From positions 1-32,000 of the forward strand of contig NZ_FUWK01000028.1 of NCBI RefSeq assembly GCF_900167395.1: a DNA stretch of 32,000 nt, read 5' to 3'. Under the pieces are notes generated by a model. That model was not told the DNA's origin. It made no database searches and saw only the letters and a list, made by a program, of their open reading frames with translations. Of the stretch, positions 24,965 to 32,000 are shown piece after piece. This DNA is from Nitrosomonas europaea (GTDB taxonomy: Bacteria; Pseudomonadota; Gammaproteobacteria; Burkholderiales; Nitrosomonadaceae). How positions within the stretch are numbered: position 1 is the first letter of the stretch; each line of letters begins with the position of its first letter. The position numbers and the translations under genes were made by a program.

Positions 24965-27694
24965 TCAACAATCATCCACAGCTTCCAGCGATTCACCGAT
25001 TCTGCACAGAGGTTTGAGCTCGCAGTAAGTGCAGGTTTGCGGGTATTGTTTAGGGCTCACTCTGGCTTCTCCGGCCATAAAATCCTGCACCAGTTGCTCG
25101 ATCGTCTGGCGCCAGCCGGCCAATACTTCATCCCAGCTTGCTGCTTCCCGGGTATGTCTCAGGTTTTCGAAAGATTTTATTCCCAGGATCGATACTTCTT
25201 CGCTTGCTACACCCTCAAACGCAATATCACCTGCTCTGATGCGGGCAAATGCAATCCCGGCCAGCCCGTCATCAGTAAATGCCAGACTGTATAGCGGCAA
25301 TTGCGGTTCATCGGGGCGATCGCCAAACCACGCACTTGCTTTGACTTCACCGGTTTTGTAGTCGATGAGCAGTTCACCCCCTTCTTCCAGCGTATCGATG
25401 CGGTCTATCCTCAAATTGATGCGCAGGCCGTTCAGTTCAAGCTCCGTTTCCATTTCCCGGCCTGAAACACGGAAAGGGGGGCGCTGCTTTTCCATTTCCA
25501 GCCACGCCAGCACGAGAGCATGCAATCGTTTGCTTTCAAGTGCTTGCAGACGCTCACCAAAAGTGTGCGGATAGCGCGGAGCGATTTCGTATATCGCTTC
25601 ATTCACCTTGCCGGCGACCAGTGCATTCAGCTCACCAGGGGACAAATTTGCCAGTGCTGCTAACGAATCCAGTTCAGCCCAGACCATTTCCATGACCCGG
25701 TGCAGCAAAGTGCCGCGTACCAGCGCATTCAGACCGATCTGTATGCGGCCCAGTGGACGGGCGACCAGCCGCAGTTCGGCAAATGCCCGGAACGGGCAGG
25801 CTGCCTGTAACTTGAACAGCTTGCTGCCGCCCGGAATACCCGTTCCGACAAATGTCGGGGCAACATCCTCGGACAGCACCTCCTGTTGTCGACTGTGATA
25901 CACGCTGTCTCGCCAGGCGGATTGCGTACCCATGGCGAGCATTTCTTCACTCAACGCCGGGAAAGCATCGATCAGTGGACTGGAATCGAGGATTTCATCG
26001 CCCTTACGCTGCGGATAGCTGATGACAACCTCAGTAGCATTCGTGGTAATTCGCTGCAACAGCGCTGCTGCCACACGTAATTCACGCCTGGCGCTGGAAT
26101 GCGGCGCATCAACCTCACGCTGCAAGGTCAGAGGAAGAAACGGATTGGGCCGGGATGATGCGGGAAATACGCCGTCATGCAATCCCATGATCCAGAGATA
26201 GTCGAACTGCAGCCCGCTGGTTTCAAACAACCCCAATACCTGCACAGGCGCCTCCGCTGATTCCGGCTGAAAAATCGTACCGGCAACCATGTGCCTGAGT
26301 TGCTGCAGCGCTTCAGTCAAACTGACCGACCGAATTACCCAGTCCAGCGTGGAAAATTCTCTCAGTACCCCCTGCCATGCCTGGATAACCTGATATTCCT
26401 CGCTGGACAATCCTCGCTCACCTGGCCAGCCGATTGCTTTCAGCCACTGTCCGAATCGCTGCGCCCACTCTCCCGGGCTCGTTGGCGCAAGTGATACTTT
26501 CACCTGCTTCATCAAATTACTCAGACATTCGGCCAGCAGTGGACACGAATAGGGCTGGCCACTGCGAGCCGCATTCGTCAGCAGCTTTTGCAGGGTCAGA
26601 TTCCATTCACCCGATTCGCGCAGACGAGCATCCAGCAAGGCGCGCGCATTCATTTCCCGATCCCCGCCCGCAATGAAAGAAGAACGCAGCACACGACTGA
26701 CATGCGGCAACTCGATGACAGTTTCTGATAAACCGAGAACATCCAGCGCCAGACTGACGGGTGGATAGCGGTCGAGCGGCTTGCCAAGCGACAAATTGTA
26801 AGAACGCACCCGATCATGATGCTCCGGCTGCAATGCTTGTGGAATCAGCACTTCATCCAGTGTCTGGCAGATCATTTCCCGCTGTGCGGCCAGTTCCGGC
26901 ACGACCAGCGCAATCCTCGCCGCCGGATTTTCCTCCAAACGTTGCCGTATCCAGCGCGCCGCCTGCCGGATCTCGTCACGACCGTCTGCGCACGCCAGCT
27001 TGCCGATACGATCCGGCTGACCGGATAACTGTAACCACTGCAATGAGCATCCCGTCTGTTCGAATGCACGCAGAAACGATGATTGCTGCGGTGTCCACTC
27101 ATCGAAACCGGTCAACACAAGCTCGTTCGGCACTGACAGGCTGTCGATCTGCACGTATTTCTGCAATATTCCGGGCAGAACGGCGACTGAAAGCCAGCTA
27201 TTTTTCCGGCATTTCGCTTCGAACATCGAGGCCAGTTGCCAGAACAACCGGGTATCGGCGTTATGACCGAAATCCGCTTCCCGGCAGGGAATACACCATG
27301 CATGCAGTGTCTGCCATGCTTCCATGATACGAGCGACAGTCTCGTTGGTGGCCTGTAACGGAACATCGCCGGACTGTTCTGCCAGAATTTCCTGCCAGAC
27401 GAAATACTCCTGATGGGAAGTCAGTAACACCCCCGGGGCCGATTCAATCCGGCTGGAAATGACCACCTCCTGCCACAGCTGCTGCAACCATGCATCCCAG
27501 GGCAGAATATCCGGTGCGGGCCATGCCCCGTGTCCTTCCGCAGACCTGGCCTGATTGAATGCCTGATGAAGGGCACGCGCCAGCCGCCGGTTTCCGGTCA
27601 CAATCGTTGCACAGCCATCCAGTCTTTGGATAAGATCGGTGATGTTAGTCTGTCGGGCGTCGAACGGGCGGGTCGTCATGGCCGGATTTTCCAT
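24965..27694 (-). CDS. addB: AddB-type PD-(D/E)XK nuclease subunit with Fe-S cluster cysteines
   Basis: N-terminus 'TIVTGNRRLARAL'. Nuclease 'LLIDYKTGEV...EPQLPLYSL'. Cys set 'AACPFRAF' plus 'QTCTYCELKPLC' (four Cys, AddB/Cas4-like). ATG 27694 is preferred; the track uses a TTG at 27703. Confidence 0.8.
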   Translation of the reverse strand: MENPAMTTRPFDARQTNITDLIQRLDGCATIVTGNRRLARALHQAFNQARSAEGHGAWPAPDILPWDAWLQQLWQEVVISSRIESAPGVLLTSHQEYFVWQEILAEQSGDVPLQATNETVARIMEAWQTLHAWCIPCREADFGHNADTRLFWQLASMFEAKCRKNSWLSVAVLPGILQKYVQIDSLSVPNELVLTGFDEWTPQQSSFLRAFEQTGCSLQWLQLSGQPDRIGKLACADGRDEIRQAARWIRQRLEENPAARIALVVPELAAQREMICQTLDEVLIPQALQPEHHDRVRSYNLSLGKPLDRYPPVSLALDVLGLSETVIELPHVSRVLRSSFIAGGDREMNARALLDARLRESGEWNLTLQKLLTNAARSGQPYSCPLLAECLSNLMKQVKVSLAPTSPGEWAQRFGQWLKAIGWPGERGLSSEEYQVIQAWQGVLREFSTLDWVIRSVSLTEALQQLRHMVAGTIFQPESAEAPVQVLGLFETSGLQFDYLWIMGLHDGVFPASSRPNPFLPLTLQREVDAPHSSARRELRVAAALLQRITTNATEVVISYPQRKGDEILDSSPLIDAFPALSEEMLAMGTQSAWRDSVYHSRQQEVLSEDVAPTFVGTGIPGGSKLFKLQAACPFRAFAELRLVARPLGRIQIGLNALVRGTLLHRVMEMVWAELDSLAALANLSPGELNALVAGKVNEAIYEIAPRYPHTFGERLQALESKRLHALVLAWLEMEKQRPPFRVSGREMETELELNGLRINLRIDRIDTLEEGGELLIDYKTGEVKASAWFGDRPDEPQLPLYSLAFTDDGLAGIAFARIRAGDIAFEGVASEEVSILGIKSFENLRHTREAASWDEVLAGWRQTIEQLVQDFMAGEARVSPKQYPQTCTYCELKPLCRIGESLEAVDDC

Positions 27695-27780
27695 GTTTCG
27701 CAAACAGTCTGATAATCAATGCTGTACGCAGGCAGAGTAATACAATTCAATTTTTGAAACAGTTTTTATCAGGAGAACCA

Positions 27781-28320
27781 ATGAACAGAATAGGAAACGG
27801 GCTGCTGGTCGCCATGGCGATCACCTGGTCCGGTATGGTTTTTTCAGCAGTGCAAAACTTGCCTCAACCGGTTTTCTCAGGCCAGGATGGTGAACAGGCA
27901 GCAGCCGACAATGCAGCATCACCTGCTCCCGCGGAACAAGCCGCACCGGCCTCGACAGAAGCAGAAACTGCAGCGAAGGCAGAAGAACAGGCACTGCCCA
28001 GCGGCATCGGCTGGAAACTGGTACGCAGCCTCGAAATGGGAGACTCGGGCAAGTTTGTGCACATGGTACTGATCGAAAAAGGACGCCAGGCGGATAAAAC
28101 CATCTACAGCTCCGCCATTCACAGATTATGTGCCAAGGAAAAAGAATTTTGCCGGATACGTTTCTGGGTTCAGTCATACCTCATACCGGAAAAAGTCTCA
28201 CTCACACTGGAACAGCAAAAAACCCAGCAGGCAGATCACCTGTTCAATCGCGCTGCCGGTATCCACCGAACGTTATGGGCCTGCACCGTCGATTCGACGA
28301 GTGAATCGTGCATTCAATAA
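27781..28320 (+). CDS. Hypothetical secreted protein
   Basis: ATG 27781 is preceded by AGGAG. Signal peptide MNRIGNGLLVAMAITWSGMVFSAVQ. An Ala/Glu/Pro-rich linker is followed by a ~110-aa domain with four Cys. I recognise no family. Confidence 0.6.
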   Translation: MNRIGNGLLVAMAITWSGMVFSAVQNLPQPVFSGQDGEQAAADNAASPAPAEQAAPASTEAETAAKAEEQALPSGIGWKLVRSLEMGDSGKFVHMVLIEKGRQADKTIYSSAIHRLCAKEKEFCRIRFWVQSYLIPEKVSLTLEQQKTQQADHLFNRAAGIHRTLWACTVDSTSESCIQ

Positions 28321-28329
28321 ACGTAAACA

Positions 28330-29391
28330 TCATCCTGCTGAACCTGCCGGACGTATCGAGTCCATGTAGGTCAGCAACATTGCCTCCAGAAACAGTCTGG
28401 GGTTGAGCGGATGGCGCGCCAGTTGCTGCGAGGCAATCAGGTTGCGCCACAAAAACCCAAAAGCAACCGGATCGATGACAGCCGCCTGCTGCCGGATGAC
28501 CGCCACCTGCTTCAGATGGTAACGCACCCGCCCGCTGGTACGGCAGCTCATCAGGTCATAACACCATTTCTGCAACCAGCCGGTCACGCTGGATAAATCC
28601 AGCTTGTGCAGCTTTTCCGCCAGCTCGATCGGATCGAACCTCTCCGGTGCACACAAGCACTGGATGAAATCAGTGTGAGAAGCAGCCAGCCGTTCATCGT
28701 ACTGCAATGCCAGCAATGGTGAAAAACCTGACATGGCGAGATGAAAATCAGGATCGGTGATTCCCTGGTGAATAAGCCAATCCTTTGCCATTTCATGATC
28801 CGGCCCCGGCATGGCGGTCTGCCGGCAGCGGCTCAGAACCGTAGGTGGAATCAGTGAAACATTATGTGTCACCAGAATGAACAGCACTTCTGGTGGCGGC
28901 TCCTCCAGTTTTTTCAGCAGCGCATTGGCAGCCGCCGTATTCATCGCTTCGGCTGGATGAATCAGCACCACCTTGTCACGCGCCTGGTGAGCACTCAGGT
29001 AAATGAAATCGTCCAGCGCACGAATCTGCGCAATACTGATCTGCTGACTTGGCTTCCTGCCTGATTTCGTACTCCCGGCTTCTCGCCGGTTTTCTTCATC
29101 ATCCTTGTCTGTAGCACCTTCCTGCGCTGATAACGCCTCCGGCTCCAGCAGGCGAAAATTCGGATGCAACCCCTGTTCGAACCAGTAACAATCCTGGCAC
29201 TTCCCGCACGCCACACCCGCTGCATCCCCCTGCCCGCACAATATGGATTTCGCCAGAGCAAGGGCAAAACCCAGCTTGCCAATTCCCCGACGCCCCTTCA
29301 GCAACAGCGCATGATGTCGCTGCGCACTACCTGACTGTCTGGCCTGCTGCCAGATCACCCGCTGCCATGGAAAAATTTCGGCTGTGGCCAT
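28330..29391 (-). CDS. holB: DNA polymerase III delta' subunit
   Basis: 'HHALLLKGRRGIGKLGFALALAKSILC', zinc module 'CGKCQDCYWFEQGLHPNF', 'AANALLKKLEEPP', 'SRCR'. Confidence 0.9.
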   Translation of the reverse strand: MATAEIFPWQRVIWQQARQSGSAQRHHALLLKGRRGIGKLGFALALAKSILCGQGDAAGVACGKCQDCYWFEQGLHPNFRLLEPEALSAQEGATDKDDEENRREAGSTKSGRKPSQQISIAQIRALDDFIYLSAHQARDKVVLIHPAEAMNTAAANALLKKLEEPPPEVLFILVTHNVSLIPPTVLSRCRQTAMPGPDHEMAKDWLIHQGITDPDFHLAMSGFSPLLALQYDERLAASHTDFIQCLCAPERFDPIELAEKLHKLDLSSVTGWLQKWCYDLMSCRTSGRVRYHLKQVAVIRQQAAVIDPVAFGFLWRNLIASQQLARHPLNPRLFLEAMLLTYMDSIRPAGSAG

Positions 29392-29516
29392 TCCTGAAAT
29401 TGTCCCGTTTTGAAAGATAATTTTTACTGAATCGAAAAAAAGCAGATTGGGATGAGAAATCGCAGTTTATCGTGAATTCTCTGATAGCTGCGAAAGGGAG
29501 CAAATTTCGAACCCAT

Positions 29517-30206
29517 TCACCCTCTGAACTGCGTATCCGACAGATCTGACCAGAAATCCTCCACAATTTCCGCTACAGCTGTTTTGACTTCTGCCAGCAG
29601 CCGGCTGCCGTCCACCACCCGAATTCTTTGCGGAAACTGTTCTGCACGTTGCAGATAGGCTTGTCGTACCCGCTCGAAAAACAGATTGGATTCCATTTCG
29701 AAACGATCGGCAACTCTGGTGGATTGCAGCCGTTCGCGACCCACTATGACGGGTACGTCGAAGTACACTGTCAGATCAGGAGAAAGTTCTGCCTGCACCC
29801 ACTGTTCCAAATTATCCAGTTTACTTTGTGCCACTCCTCTGCCCCCGCCCTGGTAGGCAAAACTGGCATCCGTAAAACGATCGGAAACCACCCAGGCACC
29901 GCGGTCCAGCGCAGGCAGTATTACTTTGTCCAAATGCTCCCGTCGCGCAGCAAACATCAGTAAAGCCTCGGTTTCAGGGTGCATCGCCTGGCGATGATCC
30001 AGCAGCAACTGTCGTAATGCTTCGCCCAGCGCTGTACCACCCGGCTCACGTGTCACGACTACCTCCAATCCCTTGTCCTGCAGGAAACGCTCCAACCATG
30101 CCAGATGCGTACTTTTTCCTGCTCCATCAATCCCTTCAACAGTAATAAATTTTCCGCGCTGCAAGATAATCGCTCTATTAAAATGATTTACAAAATTCCC
30201 GATCAA
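29517..30206 (-). CDS. tmk: Thymidylate kinase
   Basis: '[16 protein letters not shown]' P-loop, 'TREPGGT', '[14 protein letters not shown]'. There is no ATG start. The candidates are TTG 30206 (track) or TTG 30164, which gives the usual (M)QRGKFI N-terminus. Confidence 0.9.
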   Translation of the reverse strand: MIGNFVNHFNRAIILQRGKFITVEGIDGAGKSTHLAWLERFLQDKGLEVVVTREPGGTALGEALRQLLLDHRQAMHPETEALLMFAARREHLDKVILPALDRGAWVVSDRFTDASFAYQGGGRGVAQSKLDNLEQWVQAELSPDLTVYFDVPVIVGRERLQSTRVADRFEMESNLFFERVRQAYLQRAEQFPQRIRVVDGSRLLAEVKTAVAEIVEDFWSDLSDTQFRG

Positions 30207-30241
30207 GAAACTGGCATCTCATACTGTCATTACCAACCCTG

Positions 30242-30793
30242 ATGTCCATGCTAATCGATGCTGAAGGCCGCCTTGTCCCAGCTCGCTACATACCTTCGCC
30301 CAATTGTGACGAACGGCCGGACCGGAACGACATCAGCCTGCTGGTGATTCACGCCATCAGCCTGCCGCCGGAAGAATTTGGTAGTGATAGTGTCATCGAA
30401 CTTTTCACCAACCGGCTCGATCCACAAGCACATCCGTATTATCAGGGATTGCAGGATTTGAAAGTCTCCAGTCATTTTTTCATTCGTCGTAATGGAGAAA
30501 TCATTCAGTTCGTCCCTTGTACTCTGCGCGCCTGGCACGCCGGTATATCCTGCTGGCAGGAGCGCCCCCGCTGTAATGATTTCTCGATCGGCATCGAGCT
30601 GGAAGGCAGTGACAACCAGCCGTTCGAGCTCATGCAATATAACCGGTTGATAGAACTCACCCGGGCAATACAGGCAGCTTACCCTGTCAGTGATATCGTC
30701 GGCCATGCCGATATTGCGCCACAAAGAAAAACCGATCCCGGTCCTTATTTCGACTGGCAAAGTTATCGCCAGGCACTTGAAACAAATCGATAA
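30242..30793 (+). CDS. ampD: 1,6-anhydro-N-acetylmuramyl-L-alanine amidase
   Basis: 'IPSPNCDERP', 'LLVIHAISLPPEEFG', 'SSHFFIRRNGEIIQFV', 'RAWHAG', 'GHADIAPQRKTDPGPYFDW'. Confidence 0.9.
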   Translation: MSMLIDAEGRLVPARYIPSPNCDERPDRNDISLLVIHAISLPPEEFGSDSVIELFTNRLDPQAHPYYQGLQDLKVSSHFFIRRNGEIIQFVPCTLRAWHAGISCWQERPRCNDFSIGIELEGSDNQPFELMQYNRLIELTRAIQAAYPVSDIVGHADIAPQRKTDPGPYFDWQSYRQALETNR

Positions 30794-30950
30794 CCACACG
30801 ATTGATCACTCCATACTACCCGGTCCGGTTGTCACACAGGTGCCTGCAGCATCTGATTTGCCATAATCATAATTCAGCAACCCTTCAACAACCAGAAGGG
30901 AGTGATAGAATCCGGGGTTATTTTCAGCAAACAAACAGATAAATCACGAA

Positions 30951-31355
30951 ATGATCGGCATTCTGATCATCAGTCATGAACAGTTGGGAACCAGTCTGAT
31001 CGACTGCATCATCCATATCCTGGGCGAGCGTCCCCCGCTGCTGATCAATCATATCGTTTCCTCCACTGAGGGTCCGGATAGCGGATCAGTTAGGCTGCAG
31101 GTGACCCTCGAGCAGTTGGATCAGGGCAGTGGTGTCCTGATTTTGACGGATATTTTTGGTGCAACGCCGGCCAATATCGCCCGCAAGCAGATCCGGAGCG
31201 GGCGGATCGAATGCCTGGCCGGACTGAATCTGCCCATGTTACTGCGTGCCGTGCAATATCGGCATCAGCCCCTGCCGCAGTTGATCGACAAAATCCTGGC
31301 CGGTGGCCGGGAAAGTATCTTCCAGATATCTCCGGAAAACAGCAATGCAAACTGA
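30951..31355 (+). CDS. PTS EIIA component, mannose/fructose family
   Basis: 'MIGILIISHEQLGTSLI' (His phosphorylation site context), 'ILTDIFGATPANIA', 'GLNLPMLL'. Confidence 0.85.
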   Translation: MIGILIISHEQLGTSLIDCIIHILGERPPLLINHIVSSTEGPDSGSVRLQVTLEQLDQGSGVLILTDIFGATPANIARKQIRSGRIECLAGLNLPMLLRAVQYRHQPLPQLIDKILAGGRESIFQISPENSNAN

Positions 31356-31614
31356 ATCATTGACCATCCTCAATAAGCTGGGCCTGCATGCACGTGCCTC
31401 GGCCAAGCTGACACAACTGGCCGGCAAGTTCGAAAGCGAAGTCTGGCTTACGCGTAACGGCCGCCGGGTGAATGCCAAAAGTATCATGGGTGTCATGACC
31501 CTTGCTGCAAGTATAGGCACAGTCGTCGAACTGGAAACGTCCGGCCCCGATGAAGTTCAGGCCATGGAAGCATTGAAAGCCCTGATCAACGATTACTTCG
31601 GGGAAGGTGAATGA
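31345..31614 (+). CDS. ptsH: Phosphocarrier protein HPr
   Basis: From ATG 31345: 'MQTESLTILNKLGLHARASAKL' (His15 context) and 'NAKSIMGVMTLAA' (Ser46 context). 89 aa. Overlaps the EIIA gene by 11 nt. Confidence 0.9.
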   Translation: MQTESLTILNKLGLHARASAKLTQLAGKFESEVWLTRNGRRVNAKSIMGVMTLAASIGTVVELETSGPDEVQAMEALKALINDYFGEGE

Positions 31615-32000
31615 GTTTCATCCTTTACGGCACAGGCGTATCCGATGGCATTGCGATCGGGCATGCTCACTTGGCTTCATCCGCCACATTGAATGTTCCC
31701 CATTATCTGCTGCCGAAAAACCAGATCAACGCTGAACTGACCCGGTTGCGCAATGCATTTTCCACCGTGCGGCTGGAGCTGGAAACATTGAAAACTTCCG
31801 CTGCACAGGTATCCGGCCTGGCCGAGTTCAACGCTTTCCTGGAACTGCACCAGATGATTCTGGATGATCCGACACTTTCCCATGCAGCTCTGGAAACGGT
31901 TGAACAGGCACAATGCAACGCGGAATGGGCCATTACGCAGCAGATGGAAGTATTGGTTGCTCGCTTCGAAGAGATAGAAGATGCTTACCTGCGCGAGCGT
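31611..32000 (+). CDS. ptsI: PTS Enzyme I, N-terminal part (partial, runs off window)
   Basis: ATGA overlap with the ptsH stop. Translation 'MSFILYGTGVSDGIAIGHAHL...FLELHQMILDDPTL...EEIEDAYLRER' matches the EI N-terminal domain. Not in the ORF track because there is no stop in the window. Confidence 0.85.
   Translation, partial: MSFILYGTGVSDGIAIGHAHLASSATLNVPHYLLPKNQINAELTRLRNAFSTVRLELETLKTSAAQVSGLAEFNAFLELHQMILDDPTLSHAALETVEQAQCNAEWAITQQMEVLVARFEEIEDAYLRER

Noticed and set aside
26761-27327. Long antisense ORFs inside well-supported genes: 188 aa at 26761-27327 in addB, 188 aa at 10171-10737 and 159 aa at 8545-9024 in the TonB receptor, 182 aa at 30251-30799 opposite ampD
   Set aside because: In each case the opposite strand encodes a protein with clear family motifs. 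The antisense products are Arg/Ser/Pro-rich, as expected for shadow frames.
11033-27694. Whether the UvrD-like helicase and PD-(D/E)XK nuclease genes are a phage-defence system rather than repair genes
   Set aside because: The domain layout matches housekeeping AddAB: a helicase with its own C-terminal nuclease, plus a partner with a four-Cys Fe-S nuclease and no ATPase motif. No OLD/ATPase, DUF1837 or other defence partners are present. What is unusual is the separation of the two genes, not the proteins.
28990-29110. About 25-residue acidic/basic insertion in HolB ('ALSAQEGATDKDDEENRREAGSTKSGRKPSQQ') relative to E. coli HolB
   Set aside because: As far as I recall, comparable charged insertions at this position are common in betaproteobacterial delta' subunits. 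It is probably lineage-typical, not novel.
1-32000. CRISPR arrays, tRNA/rRNA genes, integrases, long tandem repeats
   Set aside because: Reading both strands, I found no regularly spaced direct repeats, cloverleaf-like sequences, rRNA-like segments or tyrosine/serine recombinase ORFs. A tRNAscan/Infernal run would be needed to exclude small RNAs formally.

Overview
About 50% GC chromosomal DNA from a Gram-negative bacterium. Gene content looks betaproteobacterial, possibly a Nitrosomonas-like ammonia oxidiser: exosortase-A accessory genes, an incomplete EIIA(Man)-HPr-EI PTS, an STN-type TonB transducer, IS3 elements. That assignment is inference only. Left to right: a partial IS3-family element abuts the stop codon of a lipoyl-domain dihydrolipoamide dehydrogenase (lpdA) that lies just downstream of proA. 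Next is an AT-rich TPR secreted-protein gene beside a truncated glycosyltransferase. An operon then encodes an ACP and two alpha/beta-fold proteins (exosortase-A-associated hydrolase pair). An LpxK homologue follows, with eroded catalytic motifs and an in-frame Trm112/YcaR fusion, then an STN-domain TonB-dependent transducer. The dominant feature is an AddAB-type repair gene pair (addB 24965-27694, addA 11033-14500) separated by a 10.5-kb co-directional island. The island encodes a lipid-carrier-type extracytoplasmic glycosylation system: ArnC/GtrB-like GT2, GtrA, two GT-C-like membrane proteins, a sugar N-formyltransferase, a WecE-like aminotransferase, two SAM methyltransferases and WbqC. 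A DUF2281-PIN toxin-antitoxin pair interrupts it. The right end is housekeeping: an orphan secreted protein, holB, tmk, ampD, and EIIA(Man)-ptsH-ptsI (ptsI runs off the window). I saw no rRNA, tRNA or CRISPR array. All homology calls come from motif recognition by eye, not database searches.
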